Source: a virus. From it: DNA of 64,000 nt. The notes beneath the pieces are model-generated. The model ran no database searches. It saw only the letters and a list, made by a program, of their open reading frames with translations, and was not told the DNA's origin. The stretch lies in the IMG/VR virus record IMGVR_UViG_3300044846_002555, positions 64,001 through 128,000 of that record; one strand, given 5' to 3'. A program made the position numbers and the translations under genes. Positions 24,601 through 33,777 of the stretch are shown here, piece after piece. Each line of letters opens with the position of its first letter. Positions within the stretch are counted from its first letter, which is position 1.

Positions 24601-26775
24601 AAATGAACAAGCACCACATGCACAATTTGATATACCACCACCAATCGTTGAATGACTTCCACATGATATATTAGACTCACCACCACCAATTGTTGAGTAA
24701 TTACAATATGTTCTATTATACGAACCTCCGGCTATTGTTGAACAATTACCGTAAGTGCAATTGTGATTACCGCCACCAATAAATGAATTATAACCTGACG
24801 ATAAATTATTAGTACCATTACCAATAAATGAGTATTGACCACTAGCGACATTATAACTTCCCGCCCCAATAAATGACGAATAATTACTTGATGTATTACT
24901 TGAACCACCACCTATAAAAGATTTAATACCGCTAGCAGTATTTTGTTGACCTCCAACAACACTTGACGCATTTCCACTTGCGGTGTTTAATACTCCCGCT
25001 CCAATAAACGAGCCGTATGAACCACTTGCGTTATTACAATAACCCCCACCGATAAATGACCAATTTCCTGTTGATGTATTTTTACAACCACCACCAATAA
25101 ATGAATGTGTTCCTCCACTAACTATATTTTGTCGTCCACCAACCACAACTGAAAAATCTGTTGTTGCAGAGTTTGATAAACCACCTAATACTGCACTACA
25201 ATTTCCTGATGCAAGATTACTAACACCACATCTAACAGATGAGTTAACGCCTGTTCCTGTAATGATTACGGCTGATGAACCACCTCCACCACCGGCAATA
25301 GGTACTAAAAGTCCATTTGTACTAACTCCAACATAACAACCACTACAAGTACTCATAGAAGTAATAATCATGTCGTTAACAAATGTCGTACAATCTCTAT
25401 TTGATGTTATATTTGAACCAATAATGAAAGATTCATTATTTGAAACCGTATTATTCACACCTCCGGCTATAAAACTTCCAACACCAATGGCGTTATTTGT
25501 TCCACCACCAACTATTGATGAAAGAACACCACTTGCGGTATTTGAACCAAACGAATTCCCACCACCACCTACAAATGAACGATATCCTGATGCGGTATTA
25601 CCGCAACCTCCACCAACAAAAGAACCATCACACGACGCGGTATTCTTACTACCACCACCAATTGTTGAGGTAGTACCTGATGCTATATTACAAAAACCAC
25701 CACCTATTGTTGAATCATTACCTGATGATATGTTAATACGTCCACCACCAATGAATGAACAAGTTCCTGATATTGAATTACATTGACCACCGGCAATTGT
25801 TGATTTATCACCACAAACGGTATTTGATTGACCACCTCCAATAGTTGAACTATCACAATAAGCTTTATTACCACCACCTCCGGCAATTGTTGAGTTGTTG
25901 GATAAGGCTTGATTACAATAACCACCACCAACGGTTGCGTCACCATTATTTGGATATGGTCCGGTAACACAAGCTATATTATATCCACCACCTGCAATAG
26001 TATTTCTTGGTCCGACAACAAGATTACAACAACCACCACCTATTGTTGATGTATTTCCTGATATTCTATTTAAATGACCACCACCAATAAATGAATGAGT
26101 TCCTCCGCTAATAACGTTTTGACAACCTCCACCAATTGTTGCTCCGGATGTTGTTAATATGTTACAAAATCCACCACTTATAGTTGAATCATTATTTGAT
26201 ACCGTATTACAACGACCACCTCCAATTATTGAGCAACAACCCGATACGACATTACAATAACCACCACCAATTGATGAAATAAATCCTGAAACCTCATTTC
26301 TACATCCACCACCAATAATTGAGGCATTCCCTGACGCAGTATTTCTAGTACCACCACCAACAGTTGAAGCGAAACTTCCTGATATATTACAACGACCACC
26401 ACTTATTGTTGAATAACAACCTGCGTTATTATTTTTATAACCACCACCAATTAATGAATGTGTTCCACCACTAACTATATTTTGTCGTCCACCAACAACC
26501 ATTGAATAATTTGTTGTTGCTGAATTTGATAACCCTCCTAACGCGCCGGAATTATTACCACATGCTAGATTATTAACATCTCTTCTAATTGATGAGTTAA
26601 CACCTGTTCCACTTACAATTACAACAAATGGTGAACCACTAATTGCTTCGTCAATTGTTGATTTATATGATGAACCTGCAGGATTCTGAGTCGGGTTATT
26701 AGTATCAACAATGTGAATTAATGTTTGATTAGTTGTAAACCCTGATGGTGAATATGTTCTTTGAGTTAAAATCAT
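21604..26775 (-). CDS. long Gly/Cys-rich repeat tail fibre (beta-solenoid)
   Basis: Dozens of ~14-aa repeats S(T/F)IGGGxxNxxxGxx; non-repetitive C-terminal domain; TATTTAT upstream (26794-26800). Confidence 0.7.
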   Translation of the reverse strand: MILTQRTYSPSGFTTNQTLIHIVDTNNPTQNPAGSSYKSTIDEAISGSPFVVIVSGTGVNSSIRRDVNNLACGNNSGALGGLSNSATTNYSMVVGGRQNIVSGGTHSLIGGGYKNNNAGCYSTISGGRCNISGSFASTVGGGTRNTASGNASIIGGGCRNEVSGFISSIGGGYCNVVSGCCSIIGGGRCNTVSNNDSTISGGFCNILTTSGATIGGGCQNVISGGTHSFIGGGHLNRISGNTSTIGGGCCNLVVGPRNTIAGGGYNIACVTGPYPNNGDATVGGGYCNQALSNNSTIAGGGGNKAYCDSSTIGGGQSNTVCGDKSTIAGGQCNSISGTCSFIGGGRINISSGNDSTIGGGFCNIASGTTSTIGGGSKNTASCDGSFVGGGCGNTASGYRSFVGGGGNSFGSNTASGVLSSIVGGGTNNAIGVGSFIAGGVNNTVSNNESFIIGSNITSNRDCTTFVNDMIITSMSTCSGCYVGVSTNGLLVPIAGGGGGSSAVIITGTGVNSSVRCGVSNLASGNCSAVLGGLSNSATTDFSVVVGGRQNIVSGGTHSFIGGGCKNTSTGNWSFIGGGYCNNASGSYGSFIGAGVLNTASGNASSVVGGQQNTASGIKSFIGGGSSNTSSNYSSFIGAGSYNVASGQYSFIGNGTNNLSSGYNSFIGGGNHNCTYGNCSTIAGGSYNRTYCNYSTIGGGESNISCGSHSTIGGGISNCACGACSFIGGGLGNTSSGCFSFVGGGCCNTTCCNNSTIAGGRLNLVCGTYSTIGGGFYNCITSNTMNPSNSVIAGGTNNKICNEFGFIGGGRGNLISGTTGVGEDGVIAGGTANKTYGVRAAILGGCGNCLAQCSYGGGIVSGNNNKVVLEFGVIGGGSVNVSYARHSIIGGGTLNFIGNSQLISSYSANTCTLQLFGNQLSSFSVNDLLLTYDNFGCSRNVVITGQTYSSPYTNLYVSGATVSVSPFSSSQPFLRNFTTSSGGFCQGFIGGGIGNTVSGATSSIVGGSQNTITSTHSFIGGGCKNFVVGNSSTIGGGCNNIATGTTSTIAGGICNQAIGVCSTIGGGFKNISSCNYSTVSGGQCNTASGLRSSILGGFCNTASGNCSFVGGGCKNTASGLCSIIGGGRSNSVSGSDSFIGGGIDNVISGNTSTIGGGALNVVYCLGATISGGQSQRIFGDGGTIGGGIDNRVYGILGTVGGGSNNNSSGYTSTIGGGCINIINARFSTIGGGLNNRIQSPNNECCSLGTTIGGGIFNNTSGGTFNFTTGAVTTSPTCTFNAGKLSTISGGYRNIASGACSTIGGGVCNLSSGSWSTVVGGRCNVSSGATSTIGGGYKNRACGNCSVIAGGCDNTSSSCYFTTISGGYSNVICGRISTIGGGAKNRLSGATSTISGGYNNISSGDTSTIGGGQKNNSSGGCSTIGGGYCNITIGNSSFIGGGNNNTTRLSFSFIGGGNGNCITCQWVYGYSAIVSGMSNRTHGDSNFIGGGQSNCIATPALSSTTLSVIVGGNVNGVCSSGSFVGGGNGNVVFSGCSAIVGGISNISCGTHSFIGGGCGNTTTGCYSSILGGTLSCAPRFGQRSFSSGSFNGLIKGTSQQIDLVGRNKTTNATPVNIFLDGTTQLISVIAGTAMFVTVNIGGIKSDGSGGAHYIRKVAIKNVGGVTSLIGTVSTIGTDVETNSSYDVAITADDTNDALDIQVTGVVGETLRWTIHIEGIEIVYGT

Positions 26776-26805
26776 TGGTTTTTGTTTTATACTATAAATA
26801 GTTCA

Positions 26806-27111
26806 TTATTGGAAATCGAATATCTCAAAGTCCATAAATTCAAAATATTCGTAATCTTGGAATTGTTTTGGAACTGGTGGTAATAAGTTACAATATACCA
26901 CTTCAAATCTTTCACAACCATCCCCATAAATAACTTTAATACCTACTGCGGCAACATTATTAAATTGTGGAGGTAAGACAATAACATTATCCGGAGGTAC
27001 TGATGTAACAATTGTTGCAATTAATATACATTGGTTACCATAAACATCACACGCATAAATTGTATACGGGAAGTTTGAACCTGTAATTGATTGTATGTTA
27101 ATTGCTGTCAT
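26806..27111 (-). CDS. small structural protein (paralogue of 30247-30462)
   Basis: ITG..P(Y/F)..Y.CD...I.TI....PP.....IKVI....CE pattern shared with the 71-aa ORF. Confidence 0.55.
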   Translation of the reverse strand: MTAINIQSITGSNFPYTIYACDVYGNQCILIATIVTSVPPDNVIVLPPQFNNVAAVGIKVIYGDGCERFEVVYCNLLPPVPKQFQDYEYFEFMDFEIFDFQ

Positions 27112-27114
27112 ATG

Positions 27115-29319
27115 TTAAAAAGCGTATGATGGGTTAAATGATGTAACTACCCCATTAACAACTGTTACCGCTGTAACGGGATAGTTTGATGTGGTTATTG
27201 CACCATTAACAATTATATTTGAGTTGATTGTGAAAGTGTTACTTGTAACTCCTTGTGTCACTTCAAAGTCATAAAGAGTTACCTCTTGACGTTTAGATTG
27301 ACCTGATGATAATGTTCGTCCTTTAGAACTGTAATCACATGTTTGTGATGATAATGAGGGTATTTGTATATATGGTGAACTATTACCCGAAAAAGGGATG
27401 GTTGAATTATATGTGTCACAAAAATTGTAAAAACCATAAACCCTATATTTTGGATTATTTTGTGATACTAAATTTATATAACTATATTTAGCAAAAGGGT
27501 CAATATATCTTGAACCGGTATTATTGGTTAATACTCTATTATTACTTGTGGCAATTGATGAATTATTAATATTAGTTACAATAGAATTTGTAACAAATTC
27601 ACAACCAACATCACAATTTGTAAAATTTAAATTATTTTGAATTGTTGGCATTGTTATTTTTAAGGTATAGTTATTAGAGGTCTCACCTGTTTCTACAATA
27701 CTTGAAAAGTGGATATTATAAGTCAATTCCTCAATATTATCACCACAAGGTTGATTATTTGGTGTGTTAGGTATTGAAAGTATTGCGTATTGATAATAAA
27801 GAATATTTGTTGAGTCATTAATCCATCCAGACGATGATTTTTTCGATTCATAAGATGATTTATATGCGATTAAATCACTTAAATTACTAAAAGTCATATT
27901 AATAACACCTTCTACTGATGGACCTGGTATATTTTTTATAAATGAAATAGTATTTGTGTTTTGAAGTGAGCAAGAGATTTGTCCACCAATCGGTTGTAGG
28001 TTACATTGAACATAGTTTGTAGTTGTGTAAGCCTCGCGAGTTATTAATGAAGTTGTATTATTACAGAAAACTTGTTCAAAATTATTATTAATATTTACTG
28101 ATGTTTCTGTTGCCATATACTTATAAATGTCAGAGTTTGTAATTGCGGATGTGGTACATCCTGATAGATTAAATTTAATAGTGTTTAGACCACAAGAAGC
28201 AGGGATGTTTATAATAGATGAAGTATCTATTTTATATGGGCTGTTTAAATAATCATCTAAACATAATGAACAATCAAAAGTATCTAAACAAGTAAAATAA
28301 AAATCCCAATTGGTTTGTTGATTATTTGGATTCGGAATCACTTCTAAAATTAAATAATCGCCAGGATTTCTAGATAATGATGTTAATGAAGTCACTTTAG
28401 ATAAATAAGTACTATCTGGAATCCCGGAATTAATAAATGAACGCGTTGATGCTGATTTAGGTAATGTTAATAAATTTAAATTTGTAACGGTATCAACACC
28501 TATCGTTATAAATTCTAAAATAATTGGTTCACTATATGATGAACCATAAAAAGTGATTTTAAGAGTGTCAGGGACATTATTACCTTTAAACTTCCATGCA
28601 AAATAATCAGTTGTTGCTGATAATTCAAATGTTGAATTTATTGCTAATGGGATTACACCTGCCGCGGCACCGGCAAAATTAACTCTATGAGTATAATCCC
28701 CCTCTTCAGTTCCATTATCACATCTAAATGGTGCAACATTAACAGTTATTGCGTTAAAACAATCTAACTCGGCTTGTATATAATTAGTACCACCTGTTTG
28801 AGAGAAATTAAGACCATCTAATTTAACTTTATCGATTATTGGAATATAATTTCCGGCTGGTTGCATTAGATTGGATAGTGGGTGTGTATTTTCGTAGGGT
28901 GAAAATTCACTACCATAACCTGATGTAAACGCTAATTGATTAGGGTTATCAGGTCCGTACCAAAATATTCTATAATCAGATATTGTGTTTTGACAGCTAC
29001 CGGTTAATTCTCCCGCAACTATTACTCCAACAGTATTAGTTTCATAATCCTCAAATCCTAATTCACACGTTTCACATAAATCGTTAGATAATATATCAAT
29101 AGTAACACAACATTTTGATAATGTATCAATAATTTTAATAATTGTTGTCCCGTCAGGTACATTACCCATAATGTATGGACAGTTGTTAAATAATTGAGAA
29201 TAAGTTACGTTTGATTGGAACTCATTAAAAAATTGGTCAACATTAGAATAAATGTTGAATAACCCTCCTAATGGTATTGTACCGGAATTTGTTAAACAAG
29301 TTGATGCTGAAAATGACAT
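27115..29319 (-). CDS. putative virion protein, Asn/Thr/Cys-rich
   Basis: 734-aa ORF inside the minus-strand structural block. Confidence 0.5.
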   Translation of the reverse strand: MSFSASTCLTNSGTIPLGGLFNIYSNVDQFFNEFQSNVTYSQLFNNCPYIMGNVPDGTTIIKIIDTLSKCCVTIDILSNDLCETCELGFEDYETNTVGVIVAGELTGSCQNTISDYRIFWYGPDNPNQLAFTSGYGSEFSPYENTHPLSNLMQPAGNYIPIIDKVKLDGLNFSQTGGTNYIQAELDCFNAITVNVAPFRCDNGTEEGDYTHRVNFAGAAAGVIPLAINSTFELSATTDYFAWKFKGNNVPDTLKITFYGSSYSEPIILEFITIGVDTVTNLNLLTLPKSASTRSFINSGIPDSTYLSKVTSLTSLSRNPGDYLILEVIPNPNNQQTNWDFYFTCLDTFDCSLCLDDYLNSPYKIDTSSIINIPASCGLNTIKFNLSGCTTSAITNSDIYKYMATETSVNINNNFEQVFCNNTTSLITREAYTTTNYVQCNLQPIGGQISCSLQNTNTISFIKNIPGPSVEGVINMTFSNLSDLIAYKSSYESKKSSSGWINDSTNILYYQYAILSIPNTPNNQPCGDNIEELTYNIHFSSIVETGETSNNYTLKITMPTIQNNLNFTNCDVGCEFVTNSIVTNINNSSIATSNNRVLTNNTGSRYIDPFAKYSYINLVSQNNPKYRVYGFYNFCDTYNSTIPFSGNSSPYIQIPSLSSQTCDYSSKGRTLSSGQSKRQEVTLYDFEVTQGVTSNTFTINSNIIVNGAITTSNYPVTAVTVVNGVVTSFNPSYAF

Positions 29320-29333
29320 ATATATTTTAAATT

Positions 29334-30245
29334 TTAAGTTTTAGTATAAGCATAACCTTCTAATCCACAAGTAGTGATACATTCTGAAGGCATTCCTGAT
29401 GGAGTTACTGTTGGTGTCGGTGATGGTGTTGGTACAATTGATTCAGAACAGAAAATACAATCCGCACCTATTTGACTTCCATAAGGTCCAATTAGTAATG
29501 TAATGTTATCAATACCAATTGTGTTATTATTTATACCCATATAACTGATACAAATAATTTCACCATTAACATTCGCTTGATAAACTTCAAATTGTGTGAT
29601 AGTATTACCGGTAGGTGTTATAATTTGATTAGTTGTGAATAACATCTTACCTGTACCATAACACTCTTGGAATTGATAACTATAAGGACATACTATATTG
29701 TCGTCTATAGTGTTAAATGTTACCCCACCTTCAAAAGTACAATCACGACTAATCACCGGTGACGATGATGGTGTTATTGTTGGAGTTGGAGTTGGTGTTG
29801 GTGACACACTTTGAATTGTTGCGCTTATAATAACATTACATAAGTTAGTTGGTGTCGGAGTTGGTGTTGGTGTTGAGGTTGTTGTTGGAGTTGGAGTAGG
29901 TGTAGGTGTTGCGGGAAAATCACAATCAAAAATAGCTGAAAAATTTAAACTTGAACAATTTTGAGTTGGACTAGGTGTGGGTGTTGGACACGCTCCACTT
30001 GAGAAATAAACATCATCTAAATCCGGACATGGGTTAAAACAAGGTGACTGACCTGATAAATCACAAGTTCCGTCTAAAGCGGTTGATAAACACCATTGAG
30101 TTGACCCTGTGTTATAATAAATAAATAATCCATTTGTTTGACCGGTCCAATATAGTTCGGAGTTATGTGTCCCGGCACTAAAATAGATATCATCAAATGT
30201 TGGGTAACCAGTGTTTGAAAGGCAATATATTGAACTACACGGCAT
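29334..30245 (-). CDS. Cys-rich virion protein with several Thr-Pro linkers
   Basis: Four (PT)n tracts separating small Cys-containing modules. Confidence 0.55.
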   Translation of the reverse strand: MPCSSIYCLSNTGYPTFDDIYFSAGTHNSELYWTGQTNGLFIYYNTGSTQWCLSTALDGTCDLSGQSPCFNPCPDLDDVYFSSGACPTPTPSPTQNCSSLNFSAIFDCDFPATPTPTPTPTTTSTPTPTPTPTNLCNVIISATIQSVSPTPTPTPTITPSSSPVISRDCTFEGGVTFNTIDDNIVCPYSYQFQECYGTGKMLFTTNQIITPTGNTITQFEVYQANVNGEIICISYMGINNNTIGIDNITLLIGPYGSQIGADCIFCSESIVPTPSPTPTVTPSGMPSECITTCGLEGYAYTKT

Positions 30246-30246
30246 A

Positions 30247-30462
30247 TTATAATGTTAAATTTAAAATTGATTCACAATTATTGTCATCAATAACTTTTAT
30301 GTTAAAAGATGTTAACGAACTCCAAATAGGTGGTATTGTTACATTATATGGAAACGTTGAAATTGTGTCTATATATATTGATAAAGTAATAGGGTTATCG
30401 CATAGATACACTTGAAAAGGCGATGCTCCGGTAATATTACTTATAGTTATTTGTGTGCTCAT
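30247..30462 (-). CDS. small structural protein, first gene of the minus-strand block
   Basis: 71 aa; TATTTAT at 30480-30486 on the minus strand; paralogue of 26806-27111. Confidence 0.55.
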   Translation of the reverse strand: MSTQITISNITGASPFQVYLCDNPITLSIYIDTISTFPYNVTIPPIWSSLTSFNIKVIDDNNCESILNLTL

Positions 30463-30512
30463 TTCTTTAGGTTATCTCAATAAATATAATGGGAATGAAA
30501 AACTTGTGAAGA

Positions 30513-30543
30513 TTGACAGTTATATTATTTTTTCTTATCTTTG
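30513..30543 (+). promoter_or_regulatory. Bacteroidota-type promoter (TTG-N20-TATCTTTG)
   Basis: ttg 30513-30515, TATCTTTG 30536-30543, ATG of primase at 30548. Confidence 0.6.
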
Positions 30544-30547
30544 CTGT

Positions 30548-31447
30548 ATGTCAGATGATGCGGAAATTTTATTAGAAATACTACACGATATTCTTGGAGA
30601 TGAAAAACTCCACTATGAATCAAAAGGTCAAATATCTTTTGACTGTCCGATATGCGATGAAGACCAACATAAAGGAAACCTCGAGGTAAATTACTTTGAA
30701 CACGTATATAAGTGTTGGAGTTGTGGTGATGAGAATAACACAAAAGGCCCTCTTGGTAAACTTATAGATAACTTTGGAGACAAGAAACAAAAGAAAATAT
30801 ATAACTTACTTCAACCTGAAAACCATAAACCAAAAGAGAAACGTAAGGATTATTTAAAGTTACCGACAGGATTTACATTATTTAAAGATAGTAGTTTGGT
30901 TTATCCGGTTCGTCGTCAAGCTTACAATTACCTTAAACAACGTGGTATTACTGATGAGATTATTGAGAAGTATGGTATTGGGTTCTGTGATACGGGAGCA
31001 TTCTCGGGTAGAATTATTATACCGTCTTATGATAATAAGGGTGTTTTAAATTATTTTATTGCAAGAAGTTGGGACCCAAACTCAAGGGCAAAATATAAAA
31101 ATCCTGAAGCGTCCAAAGATGAGATAATATTTTTTGAGAACACAATAAATTGGAATGAAGATATCCATCTTTGTGAAGGTGCGTTTGATGCTATATTCCT
31201 ACCTAATAGTATTGCTATGTTAGGGAAACATATGTCCGAGTTATTACTTAACACGTTGTATGAGAAAGCTAATGGTAATATAATTATATGTCTCGATTCA
31301 GATGCTTGGGCAGATGCTGTTAAGTTATACCACAATTTAAATGGTGGTAGATTATATGGTAAGGTTAAAATAATAAAATTAACGGGTGATGCTGATGTTG
31401 CCGATTTAAGGGGTAACATCAGTGATTACTATTATAAAATGAAATAG
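30548..31447 (+). CDS. DNA primase (DnaG-type, zinc finger + TOPRIM)
   Basis: CPIC...CWSC zinc finger, YL..RGI, GRIIIP, KYKN, CEGAFDA, LDSD; start MSDDAE chosen because it follows the promoter. Confidence 0.85.
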   Translation: MSDDAEILLEILHDILGDEKLHYESKGQISFDCPICDEDQHKGNLEVNYFEHVYKCWSCGDENNTKGPLGKLIDNFGDKKQKKIYNLLQPENHKPKEKRKDYLKLPTGFTLFKDSSLVYPVRRQAYNYLKQRGITDEIIEKYGIGFCDTGAFSGRIIIPSYDNKGVLNYFIARSWDPNSRAKYKNPEASKDEIIFFENTINWNEDIHLCEGAFDAIFLPNSIAMLGKHMSELLLNTLYEKANGNIIICLDSDAWADAVKLYHNLNGGRLYGKVKIIKLTGDADVADLRGNISDYYYKMK

Positions 31448-32311
31448 ATGATTGATTTAAATGAAGTTGCAAAAGAAATAAGAGGGTTATTAGATAAACG
31501 AAGAGAAGAACTTGAACTAACATTCGTTGAGGACACCCACACTTATTATATGAAGGATGAGACCGGAGTTATTAGAAGTGATTATCCATCAGTTAGTAAG
31601 GTAATGAAATACTTCTATGAAGAGTTTGATACTGAAGGGATATCATTCAAGAAAGCCAAAGGTGACGTGTTTGTCCAACAACAATTATTAGATGAGTGGA
31701 AAGCTGCTGGGGATTATTCAACTAATATGGGTAGTAGGGTTCACTATATGTTAGAGAAGAAAACCATTGAAATGTTTGGAAATTACAAAGAAGTAAGACA
31801 ACCAATATTTGAATGTGACTTCACCCAAATATTAAAAGGTGATAGTATGATATCTGCCGGAACAGCATACTTAAACCTTATGATTGAGAGAGGTGCGGTG
31901 TTATTAGATACTGAGATTGTATTGGGTGACCCTGAATTAAAATATACCGGGCAACCCGATAAGGTATGGTTGATAATGAATAAGGAACAAACCGAGTTTG
32001 GATTAGTGATAACCGATTGGAAATCAAATAAACCAAAGAACTTTGAGGAGAGTCATTTTACCAAAAAAATGTATTATCCATTTGATAAATTACCAAACAA
32101 CGCATTGGGTCACTACTTTACTCAATTACCATTTTATGGGAAACTCCTTATTAAAATGTTACAAGGAACAAAATATGAGAACATAAAATTGTATGGGTGT
32201 ATTATAGTTCTTGTTAAAGAAATTGGGGAGTATGAAGAATTCCGTGTTCCAAAAGGAGTTCAAGAAACAATATTACAAATGGATATGTCGAAGTATTTGA
32301 CTAAAAAATAA
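31448..32311 (+). CDS. PD-(D/E)XK exonuclease
   Basis: YPSVS, GSRVH, E..L..GQPDK, ITDWKS, QL.FY motifs. Confidence 0.7.
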   Translation: MIDLNEVAKEIRGLLDKRREELELTFVEDTHTYYMKDETGVIRSDYPSVSKVMKYFYEEFDTEGISFKKAKGDVFVQQQLLDEWKAAGDYSTNMGSRVHYMLEKKTIEMFGNYKEVRQPIFECDFTQILKGDSMISAGTAYLNLMIERGAVLLDTEIVLGDPELKYTGQPDKVWLIMNKEQTEFGLVITDWKSNKPKNFEESHFTKKMYYPFDKLPNNALGHYFTQLPFYGKLLIKMLQGTKYENIKLYGCIIVLVKEIGEYEEFRVPKGVQETILQMDMSKYLTKK

Positions 32312-32339
32312 AAATTAACTAAATTTAAAATAAAAACAT

Positions 32340-32555
32340 ATGGACGATTTATTAAAACCAAAAATTGATTTAAAACAACAACCGACATTAGTGTGTGAGG
32401 AATGTAGTGGTATCTACTTCAAAGAAGTTGTGATGATAAAAAAAGTTAACAAATTGTTAACAGGAAGTCAGGAAGATACTATCGTTCCGTTTCCAACTTA
32501 CAGATGCGATGATTGTGGTCACGTAAATGAAGAATTTAAATTATTTGATAAGTAA
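32340..32555 (+). CDS. small zinc-ribbon protein
   Basis: CEEC...CDDCGH. Confidence 0.6.
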   Translation: MDDLLKPKIDLKQQPTLVCEECSGIYFKEVVMIKKVNKLLTGSQEDTIVPFPTYRCDDCGHVNEEFKLFDK

Positions 32556-32743
32556 TGAGATTAATTAAACGACCTGAAGTTTGTGGTATTTGTACCGCAT
32601 CATTGTGGTGGATACCAACAATGACTTACTTCATTATGAAAATGAATGGTGTTATTGCTCCGAGTAAAGAATGGGTGTGGTGGGTAGCAATTCCTGTTAT
32701 GTTTTTAATTTGGGTATTATTAAATTGGAAAATAAAAAAATAA
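32555..32743 (+). CDS. small two-TM membrane protein
   Basis: Two Trp-rich hydrophobic segments; TAATG coupling. Confidence 0.5.
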   Translation: MRLIKRPEVCGICTASLWWIPTMTYFIMKMNGVIAPSKEWVWWVAIPVMFLIWVLLNWKIKK

Positions 32744-32744
32744 G

Positions 32745-33533
32745 ATGATAAAAAAATTAGTTCACTTTAGTGACTTACATATAAGATTATTTAAAGACCA
32801 CGACTTATATCGTGGAATCTTGAATAATATGTTGGAACAATTCAGAGAGATTGCTCCGGACAGAATTGTCTTTACCGGAGACCTAGTTCATTCCAAAAAC
32901 CAAATGACACCGGAACTTATTGAGTTTGTTGCTTGGATTCTTACGGAATGTTCTCAAATAGCAAAAACGATTATTATAATTGGAAACCACGACTTCTTGG
33001 AGAGTAACTCTTCAAGGTTGGATGCTCTTACACCAGTGATTGATTCGTTGAAGAACGACAACATCGTGTATTTGAAGAACAGAGGTGAATATGAGGACGA
33101 TAATGTTGATTGGGTAGTGTATTCATTACTTGACCATAACATTCCACCTGAGATTGAAAAAACCGGTAGATTGAAGATTGGTTTATTTCACGGGCCAGTT
33201 CAGGGATTAACAACCGACATTGGATATAAGTTTGAAACCGGATTTGAAACAGATAAATTTAACGGATGTGATTTGGTTTTATGTGGGGATATTCACAAAA
33301 GACAAATCTTTAATATTCCGGGTGGAAAGAAAGCATATATGGTGGGTTCGACAATTCAACAGAACTATGGTGAGACCATAACCAAACACGGGTTTGGTAT
33401 CTACAATCTTGAGACAGATGATTATTCATTTGTTGATTTGGATAATCCAAAACCTTTCTTATCATTTAAGATGAAATCATTTGATGATATAATAAACGGA
33501 ACTGAAAAATTAGTTAATAGTGGGAAATCTTAG
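32745..33533 (+). CDS. sbcD: SbcD/Mre11-like metallophosphoesterase nuclease
   Basis: SDLH, TGD, GNHD, FHG, GDIH, GS..Q.NYGE motifs. Confidence 0.85.
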   Translation: MIKKLVHFSDLHIRLFKDHDLYRGILNNMLEQFREIAPDRIVFTGDLVHSKNQMTPELIEFVAWILTECSQIAKTIIIIGNHDFLESNSSRLDALTPVIDSLKNDNIVYLKNRGEYEDDNVDWVVYSLLDHNIPPEIEKTGRLKIGLFHGPVQGLTTDIGYKFETGFETDKFNGCDLVLCGDIHKRQIFNIPGGKKAYMVGSTIQQNYGETITKHGFGIYNLETDDYSFVDLDNPKPFLSFKMKSFDDIINGTEKLVNSGKS

Positions 33534-33777
33534 AGACAAATATACTGATGAAGAGTGGGATGAACTTGAAAGAGAGATTGAACACGAAAAAAAATTGGGA
33601 CAACCCGATGATAGGTATTTAACAATTTTTGTTGATAATTTAACTAAAGACCAATTAATTCAACTCAAAAATAAATTAATTGAATGTGATACACCAAGAC
33701 ATCAATATTGGAGAATTGATGATTGGATAAAGTATAGAGAAAATAAAGAACGTGAGACAAATACAATTAACGACTAG
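33520..33777 (+). CDS. hypothetical protein
   Basis: 85-aa ORF overlapping both neighbours. Confidence 0.45.
   Translation: MGNLRDKYTDEEWDELEREIEHEKKLGQPDDRYLTIFVDNLTKDQLIQLKNKLIECDTPRHQYWRIDDWIKYRENKERETNTIND

Noticed and set aside
22002-25970. Short alternative-frame ORFs over the fibre gene (e.g. 25370-25786, 23318-23533)
   Set aside because: Shadow ORFs produced by the repeat codon pattern
21604-26775. Dense ccaccacc/ccaccaat repeats as a CRISPR array or DGR template/variable repeat
   Set aside because: They are reverse-strand Gly-Gly-Gly codons within one ORF; no constant repeat-spacer structure, no reverse transcriptase or cas genes, and differences between the duplicated modules are not adenine-specific
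30455-30547. Longer primase N-terminus given in the ORF track
   Set aside because: Overlaps the divergent gene start and the promoter elements; ATG 30548 is more plausible. Starts at 19815, 34428, 49797, 52023, 54757, 58607 and 62245 were shortened for similar reasons
31448-32311. Cas4 / CRISPR adaptation gene
   Set aside because: PD-(D/E)XK motifs are present but the four-Cys Fe-S cluster is not, and there is no array or other cas gene; context is replication
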